Shown piece after piece: positions 13,812-26,129 of a DNA stretch of 64,000 nucleotides. The DNA comes from Vicugna vicugna. Taxonomy: Eukaryota. The DNA lies in the NCBI GenBank assembly GCA_013265495.1, contig MU058257.1, forward strand, positions 1,195,262 through 1,259,261, written 5' to 3'. Positions within the stretch are counted from its first letter, which is position 1, and each line of letters begins with the position of its first letter. The notes beneath the pieces are model-generated. The model ran no database searches. It was not told the origin of the DNA and saw only the letters and a program-made list of their open reading frames with translations. The position numbers and the translations under genes are program-made.

Positions 13812-14365
13812 TTTTACCTGAAAAACTGGATTTGCCTCTTGGTGGGTGTCAAGCCAAGACACAAACAAGCCAAAAACCGGGAGAAGGAAGATTTGTCACT
13901 TGCAGCAAGGAGAACACTGGGAATCTTCCCAAAGCAGGGTCTCCCTGAGCAGCAAAATTGGAGAAGTTTTAAGCAAAGGGTTCATGCATATTCATAAAGG
14001 GGCTTGGATGGTGCACAGAGTCCAAGCTTAAGCTGATTAAAGTCATGAGGGTCGGAGAAGGTCAGCTCAGGTCACAGGTGATGTGCTGGTCGAGGCTTCA
14101 GGTTTCTCTTTCCTACCGAAACAGGGCTGGGAGTCTGCAGCTGATTGCTGTCTTTGCCACTGTTGCTTCTCTTGCTTGGTAACAGTTTGTTCCTTCATTC
14201 TTTTATCCCTTGAGATCATTAATTACTGAGACCTGTTCAAGGACAAGCACTGGGGCCGGGCTTAGACCCCCCCAATGGCTGAGGCCAATAAATGGCTTCT
14301 CTCAAAGTCAGGAAAGCCCTGCCTGGGCCTCTTTCCGCAGGGACCCTCCACCCCATCAGCTTACA
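13812..14365 (-). mobile_element. Solo ERV LTR (ERV1-like)
   Basis: Minus strand starts TGTAAG...gggtccctgcggaaagaggcccaggcagggctttcctgac...gccattggggggtctaagcccggcc and ends cagtttttcaggtaaaa (terminal CA degenerate); flanks aagt/cagt fit a 4-bp TSD with 1 mismatch. Confidence 0.65.
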
Positions 14366-14379
14366 CAGTCTCAGACCTC

Positions 14380-14465
14380 CTGCTGTGAGATCTTGAGCAA
14401 AGTACATCTTCCTGGGCTGGGACCCATCGTTCTCATCCAGATGGAGACCTAGATTTCAAAAAATC
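14380..14465 (+). mobile_element. MIR fragment
   Basis: ctgtgagatcttgagcaaagtacatcttcctgggctgggacccatcgttctcatccagatggag resembles MIR core. Confidence 0.5.
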
Positions 14466-17031
14466 CTTGCCAGCACGCATAGCATCTCGAATTTAAGAAC
14501 ACAGAAGTAGACAAACGTGACTAGCTGCCCAGTTAAAAGCCCAGCTCGGAGGGGTGGGGTGTGTGTGGCTTTAAGTATTCGAACTATTTGGAATAATGAA
14601 CGGAGCTCTTACTTCCTCTTCCTGGTAGCCACACTTGCACCCCTTACAGCCTTCCAATGATTCATTTAGGATGAAAAAAATAAACCCTTTCTTCCTGATT
14701 CAGTGAAAAGCTCATGCGAAATGTAATTCAGGTCAAAGTTTCCTTTTGTGTGTCAGGGCAAAATTACGTAACTGACTCCAGAAATAGGATTACAGAATGG
14801 ATAAGATAATGGCATTTCCAGTAGTTAATGAGCCTGGTTGTCTTGGTCCCCGCAGTGAACGTTTCATGCAGATTTGTATTTATCCTGTGGTCAGATATAG
14901 GCCAGAAGGAGATGGCAGAGAACCGAGTTTGGCTTGTCCATCAGAGTCGGGGGGAAGCCCTCCCAGTCGCCCTGCTTGTTTCCATGAATTGCTTAATAAC
15001 ACTTAAGTGGCTTTGAAGAAATTGGATTTTCCCCACTTCTCCTCGGGCAGGAACCAGAAACAGGAAAAGCTCTAAATACAGCTAACAGAACCCTTTCCTC
15101 CAGACTATTTCCTGAAGCTGAATGCAGCACACAGCCCAGATTGGTTCCTGTGTTTTCATTTAATGTCATCTTTGGAGGAACACTTTTTAATAATAGACTG
15201 CTCTGAGCCTCTGATTTAAGTAGTGACTATTGATTGACTAGTTAGAACTTCCGTGCTTTATGAATTGTTCTCTCGAGGTGATGAAATGGGGAAATCAATG
15301 CTCTGATTTGCGTTCAGAGTCAATCTATGGAGTGAATTGGATTTTCAAACACCTGAGACAAAAGGATACTTTAGGATGCCGTTACTTAGGGGGGAAATTT
15401 AAAGGGCTAATCGTATCACGGCACATGTTGCCCAGAATATTCCTAAATGATCTGAAATGGGTGATGAGTGCTGAGAGAGCCCACCCTCAACCACTTACTA
15501 GTCAGATTCATCCTTGTTCCTTGGCTGCTTAACTGAGACAAAGTCAGGGCGTCTGATGACTCAGAGCACGGCTTGGAGTCACACAGAGCAGGTTTGGGCC
15601 TGGGGGCAGGTTTGGAGCACCAGCTAAGCTTTCTTACAGTGAGAGTCCTTCCCCCGAGCACTGTTAGGAGAACTCAGTAAGGGGATGTGTAACAGGATGT
15701 CTGGCTGTGGAAGACAATGGAACACGTGGTAAGTGTCACATGGTTATTATCACTATACGTAGTCAGTAGATTCTCAATAACTGGATGGAGTGACCTTTGG
15801 AAACAAGTCTTCAGAGGTCTGCACCCCCTGGTCTCCCACCACCCATCTATTTAGAACTTGGTTGTCCAAACCAAGATCCCTGTCTCCCATTTGGACCTTT
15901 GGATGTTAATTAACTGTACGCACTCCTCCAACCAGATTCAGTTTAGTTAAAGGTATAAAATGTGCCAAATTCAACTACCAAATATCCGAAAGATCTAGGA
16001 AATCAGTCTGTCTCCCCACCCTGTACGGAGATAGCCAACGAATCTTTACTTTTCCCTTGAAAATAAACATCATTACTCATCAGCTGGGCCTCTGAAAGGT
16101 CTGGAGGGAAGCGCTTCGTCACCAAAGGTGTATTTTCCATTCCATCTGGCCTCGCAATAACTTGAGCAGAGTCACTCCGCCCTAAAAGTGTTTGAATGGA
16201 TGCTTTGGACCATTAACACACTCTCAACACATCTCGCAAGTTGTATTACAAACCACTGCAAAGATTTGGAATGACTTTTCTCCACAACTGAAAACTCTGT
16301 GCACTGTATCTTACAGGTCTTACATCTCCTAGCCTGGGATCTGGCTATAAACATTGTAAGCAATAATAAATAGGCAAATCAAAATCTAGGGAAGTTACTG
16401 TTTTAATGTCATCACAGCAACACCAGTTAGCTTAGGGTACTTTTAGATCTAGATTCCCCAGGTCTCTGGAATGATACTTTTTATTCTTTATGTGACTGTG
16501 AGTGTAGAATACCATTCTGTTAACGTTCTCTATTATCTATTTCAGGGTTGTAAATAATATCAGTTAAAATGACTACAGAAGCTCCAGGGAAGAGAAGAAA
16601 GAATGAGAATTTTGCAGGAGTTTTGTGCTGTTATTCTTTTAAAACTATTTACAAGGCTAGTAAAATATATGCGCAATGTTTTGATTTCAATCAGAAATAG
16701 AAGTTTCCCCTCGTCACTGCACGTCAGTAATTCATCGTGCAGTCTGCCTTACAGAATTTCATTCCATTTAAAATAATCTTATCTTGCAAGTGAAATTGAC
16801 AGCTCTGAGTGAAAGAAAGATGTTTTCTTGAGTAGAAGCACTAATTATTTTCATTTTTCATTGAAGTAACCCATTCAGTAGGAAAGATTAGAGAAAATTT
16901 ACATTATGAAATAAAATTGCCATTAAAGCAGAAATAAGCTAATGGAATAAAATACATAAACAAGATGAATATGAATATTTTTGGAAATTTTAAAAAAGCA
17001 ATTAAGGATAAACATTAATAGCAAATACTCT

Positions 17032-17168
17032 GAGGGGGAGGGACAGCGCAGCGGCAGAGCGCCTGCTTAGCACACCCAAGGTCCTGGCTTCCATCCCTGT
17101 GCCTCCATTAAACAAATAAATAAACGTAATTACCTCTCCTGCAAAAAAAAAAAAAAAAAAAAAAAAAA
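17032..17168 (+). mobile_element. tRNA-Ala-derived SINE (Vic-1-like)
   Basis: gggggagggacagcgcagcggcagagcgcctgcttagcacacccaaggtcctggcttccatccctgtgcctcca, taaa repeats, about 26-nt poly(A); TSD agcaaatactct (17020-17031) / agcaaatgcttt (17168-17179). Confidence 0.9.
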
Positions 17169-18129
17169 GCAAATGCTTTGCCTTTCCAAATTACCTTCTA
17201 TCTAGAAACCTACGAACTAAAGGCAAATAAACAGATAACTAAGATGCAAAGGAAGAAAGACAGAAGATGGGGTTCTCTTCAACCTTTAGCAAAAAGAAAA
17301 ACAAAAATTCAAGGAACTTTTTTCTGCCTCACTCTTCACCTTGTTACATCCTTCTGGGGAAATGAGTTTCCCTTGACGCTGTTTTTCTCCTGTGAGTTCT
17401 CCATCCTCCGCGGGTCTCCCTGCTAGTGGAGGCTGCTGGGCTTGGTGTGTTGGAGCTGAGACGACGGTGCGTGTGTGTCTTGGAAGGAATGCACACCTTT
17501 CTCATTCTGCTTCATTTTCCCTCCTTCTATGGGGTTTCTGAGTGGAGGGCAAAGACAGGTGCAGGAATTAAAGCCCCTTCAGTCCAGCTCCGAGGCCCCT
17601 GGAAAAACCTCAGGTGGGTAACTTAAACCCACACCAGGCTCAGCTGAAAATGGATGGGCAGCCGGGGAAGTCCAGCCCTTGCTGGTTGTGCGAAGGGGCG
17701 GCTCTGTGATAACTCAGTCTTCGTGCAGCACTTGCCAGAAGCACCTTTCTTCCCAGAGGAACCTGTGGCCTTGCTTTTTCCCACAAGCTAGAAAATTCTG
17801 GAAAAATCGTAATTGCAGCTTAATTTTAAAAAAGCAGGAATCTGTTTTTTAAAAATCTCAAAATTCTCACCAAGGTTATAGGAACTGTGTCTGTCCTCCT
17901 GGGTTTCTGCACCTTCCAGGGAAAGGGAAATGCCTGAAAGAAAACAGCCCTCGGAACAAAAGGCAGTGCTGTTCCTGAGCCTGCTGCCCGCGCACGACCC
18001 CTGCCCAGCGGCCGCGGCAGAGCGCACACGCCGCCTGGCTTTGCCTCCCCCCCTCCCCCCAATGACAGAGACCTGCTCAGGGGGCCTGTGCCGGGCACTG
18101 TGTCTGACGTAAGACCGGATCCCACAGCC

Positions 18130-18205
18130 AGGCTTGGAAAAGTCCCTTCACTTCCCTGGGCTTAAATTCCTTCATCTGTAAAGTGGGAGTTAAATTAGAT
18201 AATGA
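18130..18205 (+). mobile_element. MIR fragment
   Basis: aagtcccttcacttccctgggcttaaattccttcatctgtaaagtgggagt is a MIR core match. Confidence 0.75.
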
Positions 18206-18460
18206 GGGCTGGCGTGTAGTCAGTGAGCAGTGACTGTTCCCTATTAAGTGCAAACTCTAGCCAGTGATCGTTAAGGAAAATGGAACAAAAGAGGGGCCTA
18301 TTAGCAATAAAGAGGCAAGTCCGTTTTAGAAACAATTTTGAGTTCACAACACACTCGAGGTTTATAATGAGCAGTTGATATCCCCGAGCTCGAAGGGGAG
18401 CTGACTGTAACCATCCTGCTGCAGGCTCAGGTAGAAGGAGATCTGAGGACACGGTTGGGT

Positions 18461-19160
18461 CACTGTTGATGGGCATGTAGACTGGTGCAGCCACTGTGGA
18501 AGACGGTTTGGAGATTCCTCAAAAAATTAAAAGTAGAACCACCCTACGACCCAGCAACCCCACTCCTAGGTACAGAGAAAGAAAATGGAAACAGGATGTC
18601 AGAGGTACACGCCCCTCATGTTCACTGCAGCCCTGTGCACAGCGGCTGAGATATGGAGACACCCTCGTATCTGCCCATGGATGAATGGATAAAAGATGTG
18701 GGGTTTTTATACAATGGAATATTATTCAGTCAGTAAAAAGAATGAAATCCTGTCATTTAATACAACATGCAAGGACCTCGAGGGCATTGTGCTAAGGGAA
18801 AGATGTCAGACAGACAGAGACAAGCACTGTAGGATCTCATGTACAGGGAGGCTCTGAAAAAGCCAAAGTCACAGAAGCAGAGAGTCAAGTGGTGACCACT
18901 GAGGACAGGGAGGGGGCGGCAGAGGGCAGAGATGTCATCCAAGTTAGAGCTTCCAGTTATGAGGTGAGTAAATTTGTGTGGGGGGGGATGTCTAGTGTAG
19001 AGCATGGTGATTATAATTTGTAATGCTTTATTATATACTTGAAAGAAATGGCAGTTACGTGATGCAGGTGTTGGCTAAGCTATGGGGGTCACCATTTTGT
19101 TATGTATACATGTATCAATCAATTGTTGCACACCTTAAACATATACAGTGTTATATCAAG
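18461..19160 (+). mobile_element. L1 ORF2 end and 3' UTR (5'-truncated)
   Basis: cactgttgatgggcatgtagactggtgcagccactgtggaagacggtttggagattcctcaaaaaattaaaagtagaac ... acaatggaatattattcagtcagtaaaaagaatgaaatcctgtcattt ... cacaccttaaacatatacagtg. Confidence 0.92.
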
Positions 19161-19324
19161 AAAGGTGGGGGGGGGACCTGTGAATCCATCCCTCAGATTC
19201 CTCCTGTGCTCTGAGGGCTACATTCAGAAGTGACATTCTCCCTTTTAGACAGGGAAGGGACCACAAGAGAAACTCCACTGAGGAAAGTGTCAGGATTGCA
19301 TCACTCAGCTCTTCTCTCTCACAC

Positions 19325-19450
19325 GTCTCTGCGACCTTGGACGTGTCACTTAATCTTTTTAAGCAAGTGTCTGCTTTCATTGTCTGTAACGTGGTGATTT
19401 CAGCAGGCTCAGCTTCACTGGTGCTTCAAAGAATCATGCAAACGCTAATG
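19325..19450 (+). mobile_element. MIR fragment
   Basis: ctgcgaccttggacgtgtcacttaatctttttaagcaagtgtctgctttcattgtctgtaacgtgg. Confidence 0.6.
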
Positions 19451-19859
19451 CTTGACAAGTGGGGGGCTTAACATAAAGATTAGCTGTTGTTCATTAATAT
19501 TACTGCTTCTCTCCAAAATTAAGAAAGATAGACTGAGAAAATGTGTCTGTAACGAGGTCAGCTCAAGAACGCTGCTCTCAGCCCCAGCCTGCCCTTCCCT
19601 GGCCACCAGGGCAGTCCATGGTAGACACTCAGCGCTGCTCTCCAATGAGAGAGATTAATTGCTTCTCTGAAATCTGAGCAGGGAGTGAGCTCCTGGCTTT
19701 GGGTTCTAAAAGCAGCAGCCACTCTGCCCGTGTTAGTCCTGCTCTGACCCCTCCCTCACACCCTTTTCCTTCCTTGCCTGTGCAGGATGTCCTACTGGCT
19801 GGTAATATGTGGGCCACTGTTACTTCAAAGTGATAGGGGAGTGGCTGCAGCCAGGAGAC

Positions 19860-20550
19860 ACGTTATCTTTTAGCAGGTGACTGGAGTCCAGAAGCGATAA
19901 TCATTTCAAACTAGCCAGAAGAGGGAGGACCGGAGAACTATAATAATGTTAGTCAGGTAGCCGTTTCCCTCTTATCAGCCCCAGCAGATGCAAACACGCG
20001 CTGACAAATACTGCACCAGAGGGTGGGATAAGAGGGGAATCAGAAAATAGCTACCTTCCAAATTCGATGTGCAATTGTAATATAGATAACATGGAAAAAC
20101 AGATAATAAATACGGCTTTTAATTCCAACATGACCTTCAAAGAGCTTTTCCCTCAGAAACACAAATGAAAGGCCCCAAACCTTTGGAAAGAGCACATGCA
20201 AACAGTAAGCCCCGCTGCCCGCGCCGCGCCGCCTGCCCACCCCGAGCGCAGCACAGCGAGGGTGCAGCACAGCGCTCTTCCCACAGAGGCCTGGTAGCAG
20301 CTTTGACCGCGCATTCTGAAGTTCTTTATCGCGTTGGAAAGATATGCTTCCTTTACCACGTTTGATCTCATTCCAGAGGTATCTTATCAATATTCAGTGG
20401 GGCGAGCGCGGGTGTATTTCTAACTGACAGCACAGAACAGCACAGGATAGACGGGAACGTTGCCACCGCTCGGATCTGCGGGCGAGATCAAGTGGCCGGT
20501 GGAACCATCAGCTGGGCTCGGCTGAAGCGCCAAGATCACCTGTGATGCGG
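19860..20550. promoter_or_regulatory. GATA-rich candidate enhancer/promoter with adjacent CpG-rich patch
   Basis: 8 GATAA/TTATC cores (19863, 19896, 19972, 20027, 20085, 20102, 20326, 20384), an E-box-GATA composite at 19972-19990, a CACCC box at 20021-20027 and CpG-dense 20210-20550. Confidence 0.5.
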
Positions 20551-22595
20551 CAGGAGTGATGCAGCCCTGAGCCCCAGGACCCTCCAGACATGAAGGGGAC
20601 CAGAAGCCCAAGGTCAGGATGCCCAGGCTGCCTGCGCTTACTGCCCTTGAGAGGCGAGGGAGGCTCACCAGTAAATTGTCCTCTCCCAAAGTCATGTTTT
20701 ATAGGGGCCAGGACCAGAGCGTTTTAATTGCACTGAGCTACATCCACCAGCCTCTTAAGGATTGAGCGGGCTCGTCCCACCATGACGTTGAAACATAGAC
20801 TGTTTCTGCTCCTCAGCACTTTGTAAATCACACAGGGAATCCTGAAAGGACGGAGTCCCCGCCAGTGCCCTCGATGTCTCCACCACTCCCTTCTCCCTGC
20901 CCTGTCTCCGTGGTTTCCATTCTGAAATGGATCATTTGTGTCTTGTGTTGAAAACTTGCCCTGGGATGGGGTGTGGGGGCGCAAACACGCAGCTGGCTTG
21001 AACAAACAAGCATTCAAACCTTCAGCTGCTTTACTAATTTTCAAGTGTACTGGAAAATAGGATTTTTAAGCCAAATTATGGGAGGCATCTGGTTAAGAAA
21101 GACTGTAACACAAAGGAATGAGATTCCACCAAATATAACAGGACACACACATTCTCATTTCTGATGTTAAGACCCCAAAGCATTCTCCAATTAATAAAGT
21201 AAAAAGGCATAAACTCAGTCTGTGAGAACAGGGATTCGATTCTAATAATGAATGTAGAATTTGACCCTAAAGGAGATGAAGTGACATCATTCAGAAGACT
21301 TCCTAATCATATCAGGCAAGCGCCTGGAGACCAGGTGCAAAACCAACCAAAAAGCTGTAACGTTACAGATGACCTTGGAGCAGGTCAGTGACCCCAGCAG
21401 ACACCAGGATCCCTTCTGCTGGACAGAGGAGTCGCAATTCACAAGCAGCTGAGTGGAAGTGATTTCCTCTCTGGGGCACCTGAACTAGCATGACAAGACC
21501 ACGGATGACGTGACTGGGGGAGCTTGGTTGTTTCAAAAACAATGCTAATGGAGTTAGGGTTGCAGAGTCAGGTCCCATATGGGCTCCTTGTCTTGGCAGA
21601 GGGAGAGACGGTGCAATGGCCAGGGAGACTTCAGGTCAAATGGGGTCCCAGCCCCAAGGCTTCACCAAAACCCATCGGTACTTCTGCACAAGCAGAACTT
21701 CTCTACCTAGTTATGGCCCGTAAGTATGATCCCTGAAAGGAAGACGCAAGGTTATGGTATCTTGTCGGCCAGCAATACAGAAGGACAGGGCCATGATCTG
21801 ATTTCGCCTTCTGCTGTCAAGATCAGAGGAAAGAAATTTGGGAAGTCAGGGCCCAAAAGTATGATTGCTTCAGGAAGAGAGAGTGGTCTCCCCCATGTAA
21901 AATCTGATGAAACATTCGCAAATAACCCCAAAGGGAGAATAAGTGTGACGGAACAAGGACCTCTGAAGGAAGGCGTCTCTCACCACTGCTCCCGGCACCC
22001 ACTAAAACGCTCACCCTGGGGGCCTTTCCCCGACCCCAAAACCTACCACAGCCGCCTCATTCCACCGTTGAACTGCATCACCACTTCTCAGGGTGAAACA
22101 GATTTAGGAGACAAGGCTCTTTCCTCTTTGATCTGCGTTTATGTATACAGCACACCTGCTGTTCAGCAGGTGCGTGGACAGTTATGAATACTCACGCCAT
22201 TCTGAAGCAATGCGTGTGTCGTGTTTTTCAGTTTCGTTTTGCACCACCGCTAAGTAAAGACTAACTACCCCTTCTAAAAAGGAGTTGGAGAGTCAGCTCC
22301 TGGGAAATAAATTATTTCTACAGCAGCAGCAGCAAAGAGCTGACAGATAGGAATCACCACCAGCTTAGAATTCAACCCTTTTCTGTAGATACGTTTAGAA
22401 CCTGCCCGCTAGGCTGTTATGTGTGCCAAACACAGTCCTCAACTCCACTTAAAAAAAGAGAAGATGGAAGGGGACCATCTTTTTTGAATGATTGACTGAC
22501 CAATCATTTAAAAAGTTAGGTTGGATCTTGAATGCTAAGCATTTCTCCAATAAACATTTACCAGCAGAAGGCCATTCTAAAAAACTTAGGCTGCA

Positions 22596-22712
22596 GAATA
22601 TGAAAATGAATATATGTCTGTATACACATGACTGGGACATTGTGCTGGACACCAGACACTGGCACATTGTAGCTGACTGAACTTCAGTAGAAAAACAAAA
22701 ACAGAAACAAAA
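22596..22712 (+). mobile_element. Short 5'-truncated L1 3' tail (camelid-type)
   Basis: gaatatgaaaatgaatatatgtctgtatacacatgactgggacattgtgctggacaccagacactggcacattgtagctgactgaacttcag plus A-rich tail; degenerate TSD aaaacttaggctgca / aaaatgtaagatgca. Confidence 0.8.
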
Positions 22713-23084
22713 TGTAAGATGCAACCGACCAGTGGAGAAATGAGAAAACAAACTGTAAGATCTCAGGATTGAGATTTGACAGCTAAGCACGAAAAATCTG
22801 TTAATTATGCCTGCGAAAAATTCACTAATTCAGACCTTAGTTTCCCTAAAAGATTCCCCTATCTTCAGACCTACAAAGAAGCTCTCTGATGTTTTTCATA
22901 GCTTCTATGATCAAGGTCCATGACTGTTGGAAAGAACACCATCACTTCTCTCAATCCTGGGCCATTTAATGGTACCACCATCAGAAGCAGGCTGGGGGAA
23001 CACCACTTCCAGATTACACAGACCCTTAGGGCATCATCCCAGAAAGCAACACCAACAGAAAAGTCCAGACACTTACACTTACAC

Positions 23085-23345
23085 CTTTTTTTTAGCATTG
23101 AAGTGTAGCTGATTTACAATATTGTGTTAGATTCAGGTGTGCAGCCAAGGGATTTTTTTCAGATTATTTTTCATTCTAGGTTATTACAACATACTGCCTA
23201 CAATCCCCTGTGCTGTGTGGCAGGTCCTTGTTGCTTACCTCTTTTATGTATAATAGTTTGTATCTGTGAATCTCATTCTCCTAATTTGTCCCTCCACCCT
23301 CTGTGTTCCCTTCAGGAACTGTAAGTTTGTTTCCAATGTCTGTGA
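23085..23345 (-). mobile_element. L1 3' UTR fragment
   Basis: poly(T) then attgaagtgtagctgatttacaatattgtgttagattcaggtgtgcagc...gtaagtttgtttccaatgtctgtga; similar flanks cagacacttac / cagacacactta. Confidence 0.85.
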
Positions 23346-23849
23346 CAGACACACTTATAAATTGAAATTATGACTTGATGACTCTTCTTCAAATTGTTTT
23401 CCTTGAGAACCTATTTCTAGTGCTAACTGATGAGGAAAAATTAGGAGTAAAGGTCACCTGCCAGAGAGATAATGCTGACATGTCAGAGGCTCCAAATAAT
23501 CAACTTCAAAAAAAACCCTGGGTTTAATAAGGAAAATGAGAAATGTAATTAAGCTCTTTCTGCTCTATTATAAACAGAAGAATGACTTACTCTCTCAGCA
23601 TCCTAATCACTGCCTGTGCCACACCTGGACACAGTGCAGCTTCCACCAAGGACTCAGCCTGGGGAAGCCCCCTGTCCGTTCACACAAGCCCATCCTGTCC
23701 GTCAAGGCCCTCTTGCGACTCCAGATCAGCCTGACTCCAGCCCAGCCTGACTCCAGCCCCTCCTGGGAGCACGAGATTGTCAACTTGATCTTCAAGGGAA
23801 ACAGATAAGAGCAGAAGGGTTGGTTCTGGAGCTGACAGGCTACACAATG

Positions 23850-24130
23850 AGGTCTCTGATTTTCAGGCCCCTTCCTGGCCAGCCCCGCCCGAGTCACCGC
23901 TCTTTCCTTCCTTCCTACACACTCTTATCTCGCGCACTCACTTGGCACTTGCCCGGACTCGTAGAGTTACTTGTCTGTTTATGTAAACTTATCATGCTGT
24001 CCAAGTACACGGTAGCCATTCACATGAGATAAGTGATTAATGTCGAATATTTCTGTAACTCCCCCAACTTCGCTGTACACAACAGCTTGTACAGTAAGTA
24101 ATCGATACACCTGTTGATTAAATAGATGTC
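23850..24130 (+). mobile_element. L2 fragment
   Basis: aggccccttcctggccagccc...ttacttgtctgttt...aacagcttgtacagtaagtaatcgatacacctgttgattaaat, L2 3' region. Confidence 0.45.
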
Positions 24131-24699
24131 TGTAAGGTATTTCATTAGCTAGGCAAAACTTCTTTTCTCAGCCACAAAGTCAGGGACTTAAATTAGGTGA
24201 TCTTTAAATTCCTTCTGAGCTTTAATGATCTGTGACTCTTATAGTCACTCATTTGCAATCAAATATTATACTAAGGTTTATCTTTGCATGGCCTCTAGGA
24301 AAAAAAAAGTGTTGACAAATTAATAGAGTTTGACAAATAAGACTCAGGGAAAAATGACTGAGCAAAAGCTTTCTTTTTTTTTTTTTGTACTTTGTGCACA
24401 TCTATTTGATACAAATTGACAAGTTAATTATAAATCTGTCTTAGGCATTTTGATAACTCTGTTTTCTTTGGTGCTCTAAAACAAAACTATATTTTTAAAA
24501 GATAATCTGTGGTTCTGTGCCCCAGATCACTGAAATGGACTTCACCCCATCTAATTAGGGGCAAAGGCAGGATTCAGTCATTGACTTATTTCCCCAAGAC
24601 CCACAACTTTTTACAAATCTTCCAAGGTAGAAAATATCCAAGGCATCCTACTGAATTGAGTATTCAAGTCACCATCTGTCTCTTCTCTGCCAAATCGAA

Positions 24700-25960
24700 T
24701 AGCTCATTCATAGCCAATTCAATAGATATTTACCAAGAGGCCATTATATTTCAGGCAATGTACTCCACACAAGAGTCAAGGAAAATGATAAACCAGGTTA
24801 CAGTCCAGGAGAGGCAGGCAGAAATATACAAGCGGCCACCACTGCTTGGTGACATGATGGAAGAGAGCCGAACAGTCTCCTGCCTCGGGAATATTCCCCA
24901 AAGGAAGATCTACCCCAACCGAAGTCTGAAGGATTCGTAGCATCTAGCGAGACTGATGGTTTTGTAAAGGGTTGCTCTCTCGTCAGAAGGAACTGGGCAT
25001 GTAAAAGTGAGGAGGTAGGAAAGTATATACTGTTAGGGGAACAGTTTCAAGCTGAGCTGGAGTCCAGGGTGTAGAGTGGGGAGTGGTGGAAGGAAGGGAG
25101 GTGGGGAGGGAGGGAGAAGAAACTGGAGAAATGAGCGGTGGCAAGACAAGCCAGGATCTGGTGAGCCATGTTAAGAAGTTTAGACTTTACCTTCTGGGCG
25201 ATGGGAAAACCCAAAGAAGTGTCCTAAGACACAGGAGTAAAATGATCAAATTGGTATGCAGCTCTAGTGAGAGAATGAATAAATGTACTGTACAAGCAGA
25301 ATGAATGAAAGATGGCCAAGACTTGCACAAGGAGAACAGTCAGGAGCTTGAGAAGACGGTGTGCCCTGGGCAAGGACAGTTGCTGTGGAGGGAGGGAGAA
25401 GTGCTCGGTCCTTCCTGACACCGAGGAAGCATCTAGAGGATGGGACCGCTAACTGGTCCCATATGGGGTCAGCAGGTGTAGCAGTGAAGGATGAGTTCTG
25501 ACGCAGGTCCCTGGGTAAATGGAATCATTTACTGGGACCGGGAACACAGGACGGGGCGTGGGGAGGGCGAGGGGACACGAAGTTGAGTTTCTGTGGTGTT
25601 GATTTCCACATCCTCGTGACACGTCCAGCTGGAGACGCCTGGTCGGCCATGGGCGGTGTGGGTCTGCAGATCAGACAAGAGCTCTGGCTTGGAGATGAGA
25701 TCTGGGAATCATTAACATACAAACGGCGACTGAAGTCACTGGAGGACGGAAACGGGAAATTAAGAGGAGACGAGAATGAGGACAAAAACCAAATTAAAAG
25801 TAACATTTAACAGCGGCTGGGGGAGAGGAAGTCGGAGATGCAGCCGAGCGGGAAGAGCTGGGGCAGCCGAAGGAAAACCAAGTGAGTCTGATGAACACAG
25901 AGGAAGAATGGACCACGGAGAGAGAAGAGGTGGGCAGTGCCCAGTGCCCCTGAGAGACGG
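24700..25960 (-). mobile_element. L2 element (degenerate)
   Basis: attcaatagatatttaccaagaggccattatatttcaggca ... gccatgttaagaagtttagactttaccttctgggcgatggg ... ggcttggagatgagatctgggaatcatt, classic antisense L2 blocks. Confidence 0.75.
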
Positions 25961-26129
25961 AGGGTAGGTCACAGCCGTCGGGCTTGAGGGCGCAGGTGGC
26001 CCTGGAGGTCTGGCTGAGAACGGCTTGGTAAAGGGGTGCATGAAAGCCGAATTGTAGCGCTCGCCTTCCAGACTCCCTGCCGGGCCAGCAGCAGCCACTC
26101 ACCGTCTCTCCCACGAGTTTTCACTGGCT

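Noticed and set aside
15504..15517. 14-nt match to the 3' part of miR-802 (agattcatccttgt)
   Set aside because: Seed and flanking hairpin arm do not match; chance similarity
21541..21562. miR-155-like sequence (aatgctaatggagttagggt)
   Set aside because: Only partial similarity, with no pre-miR-155 hairpin context
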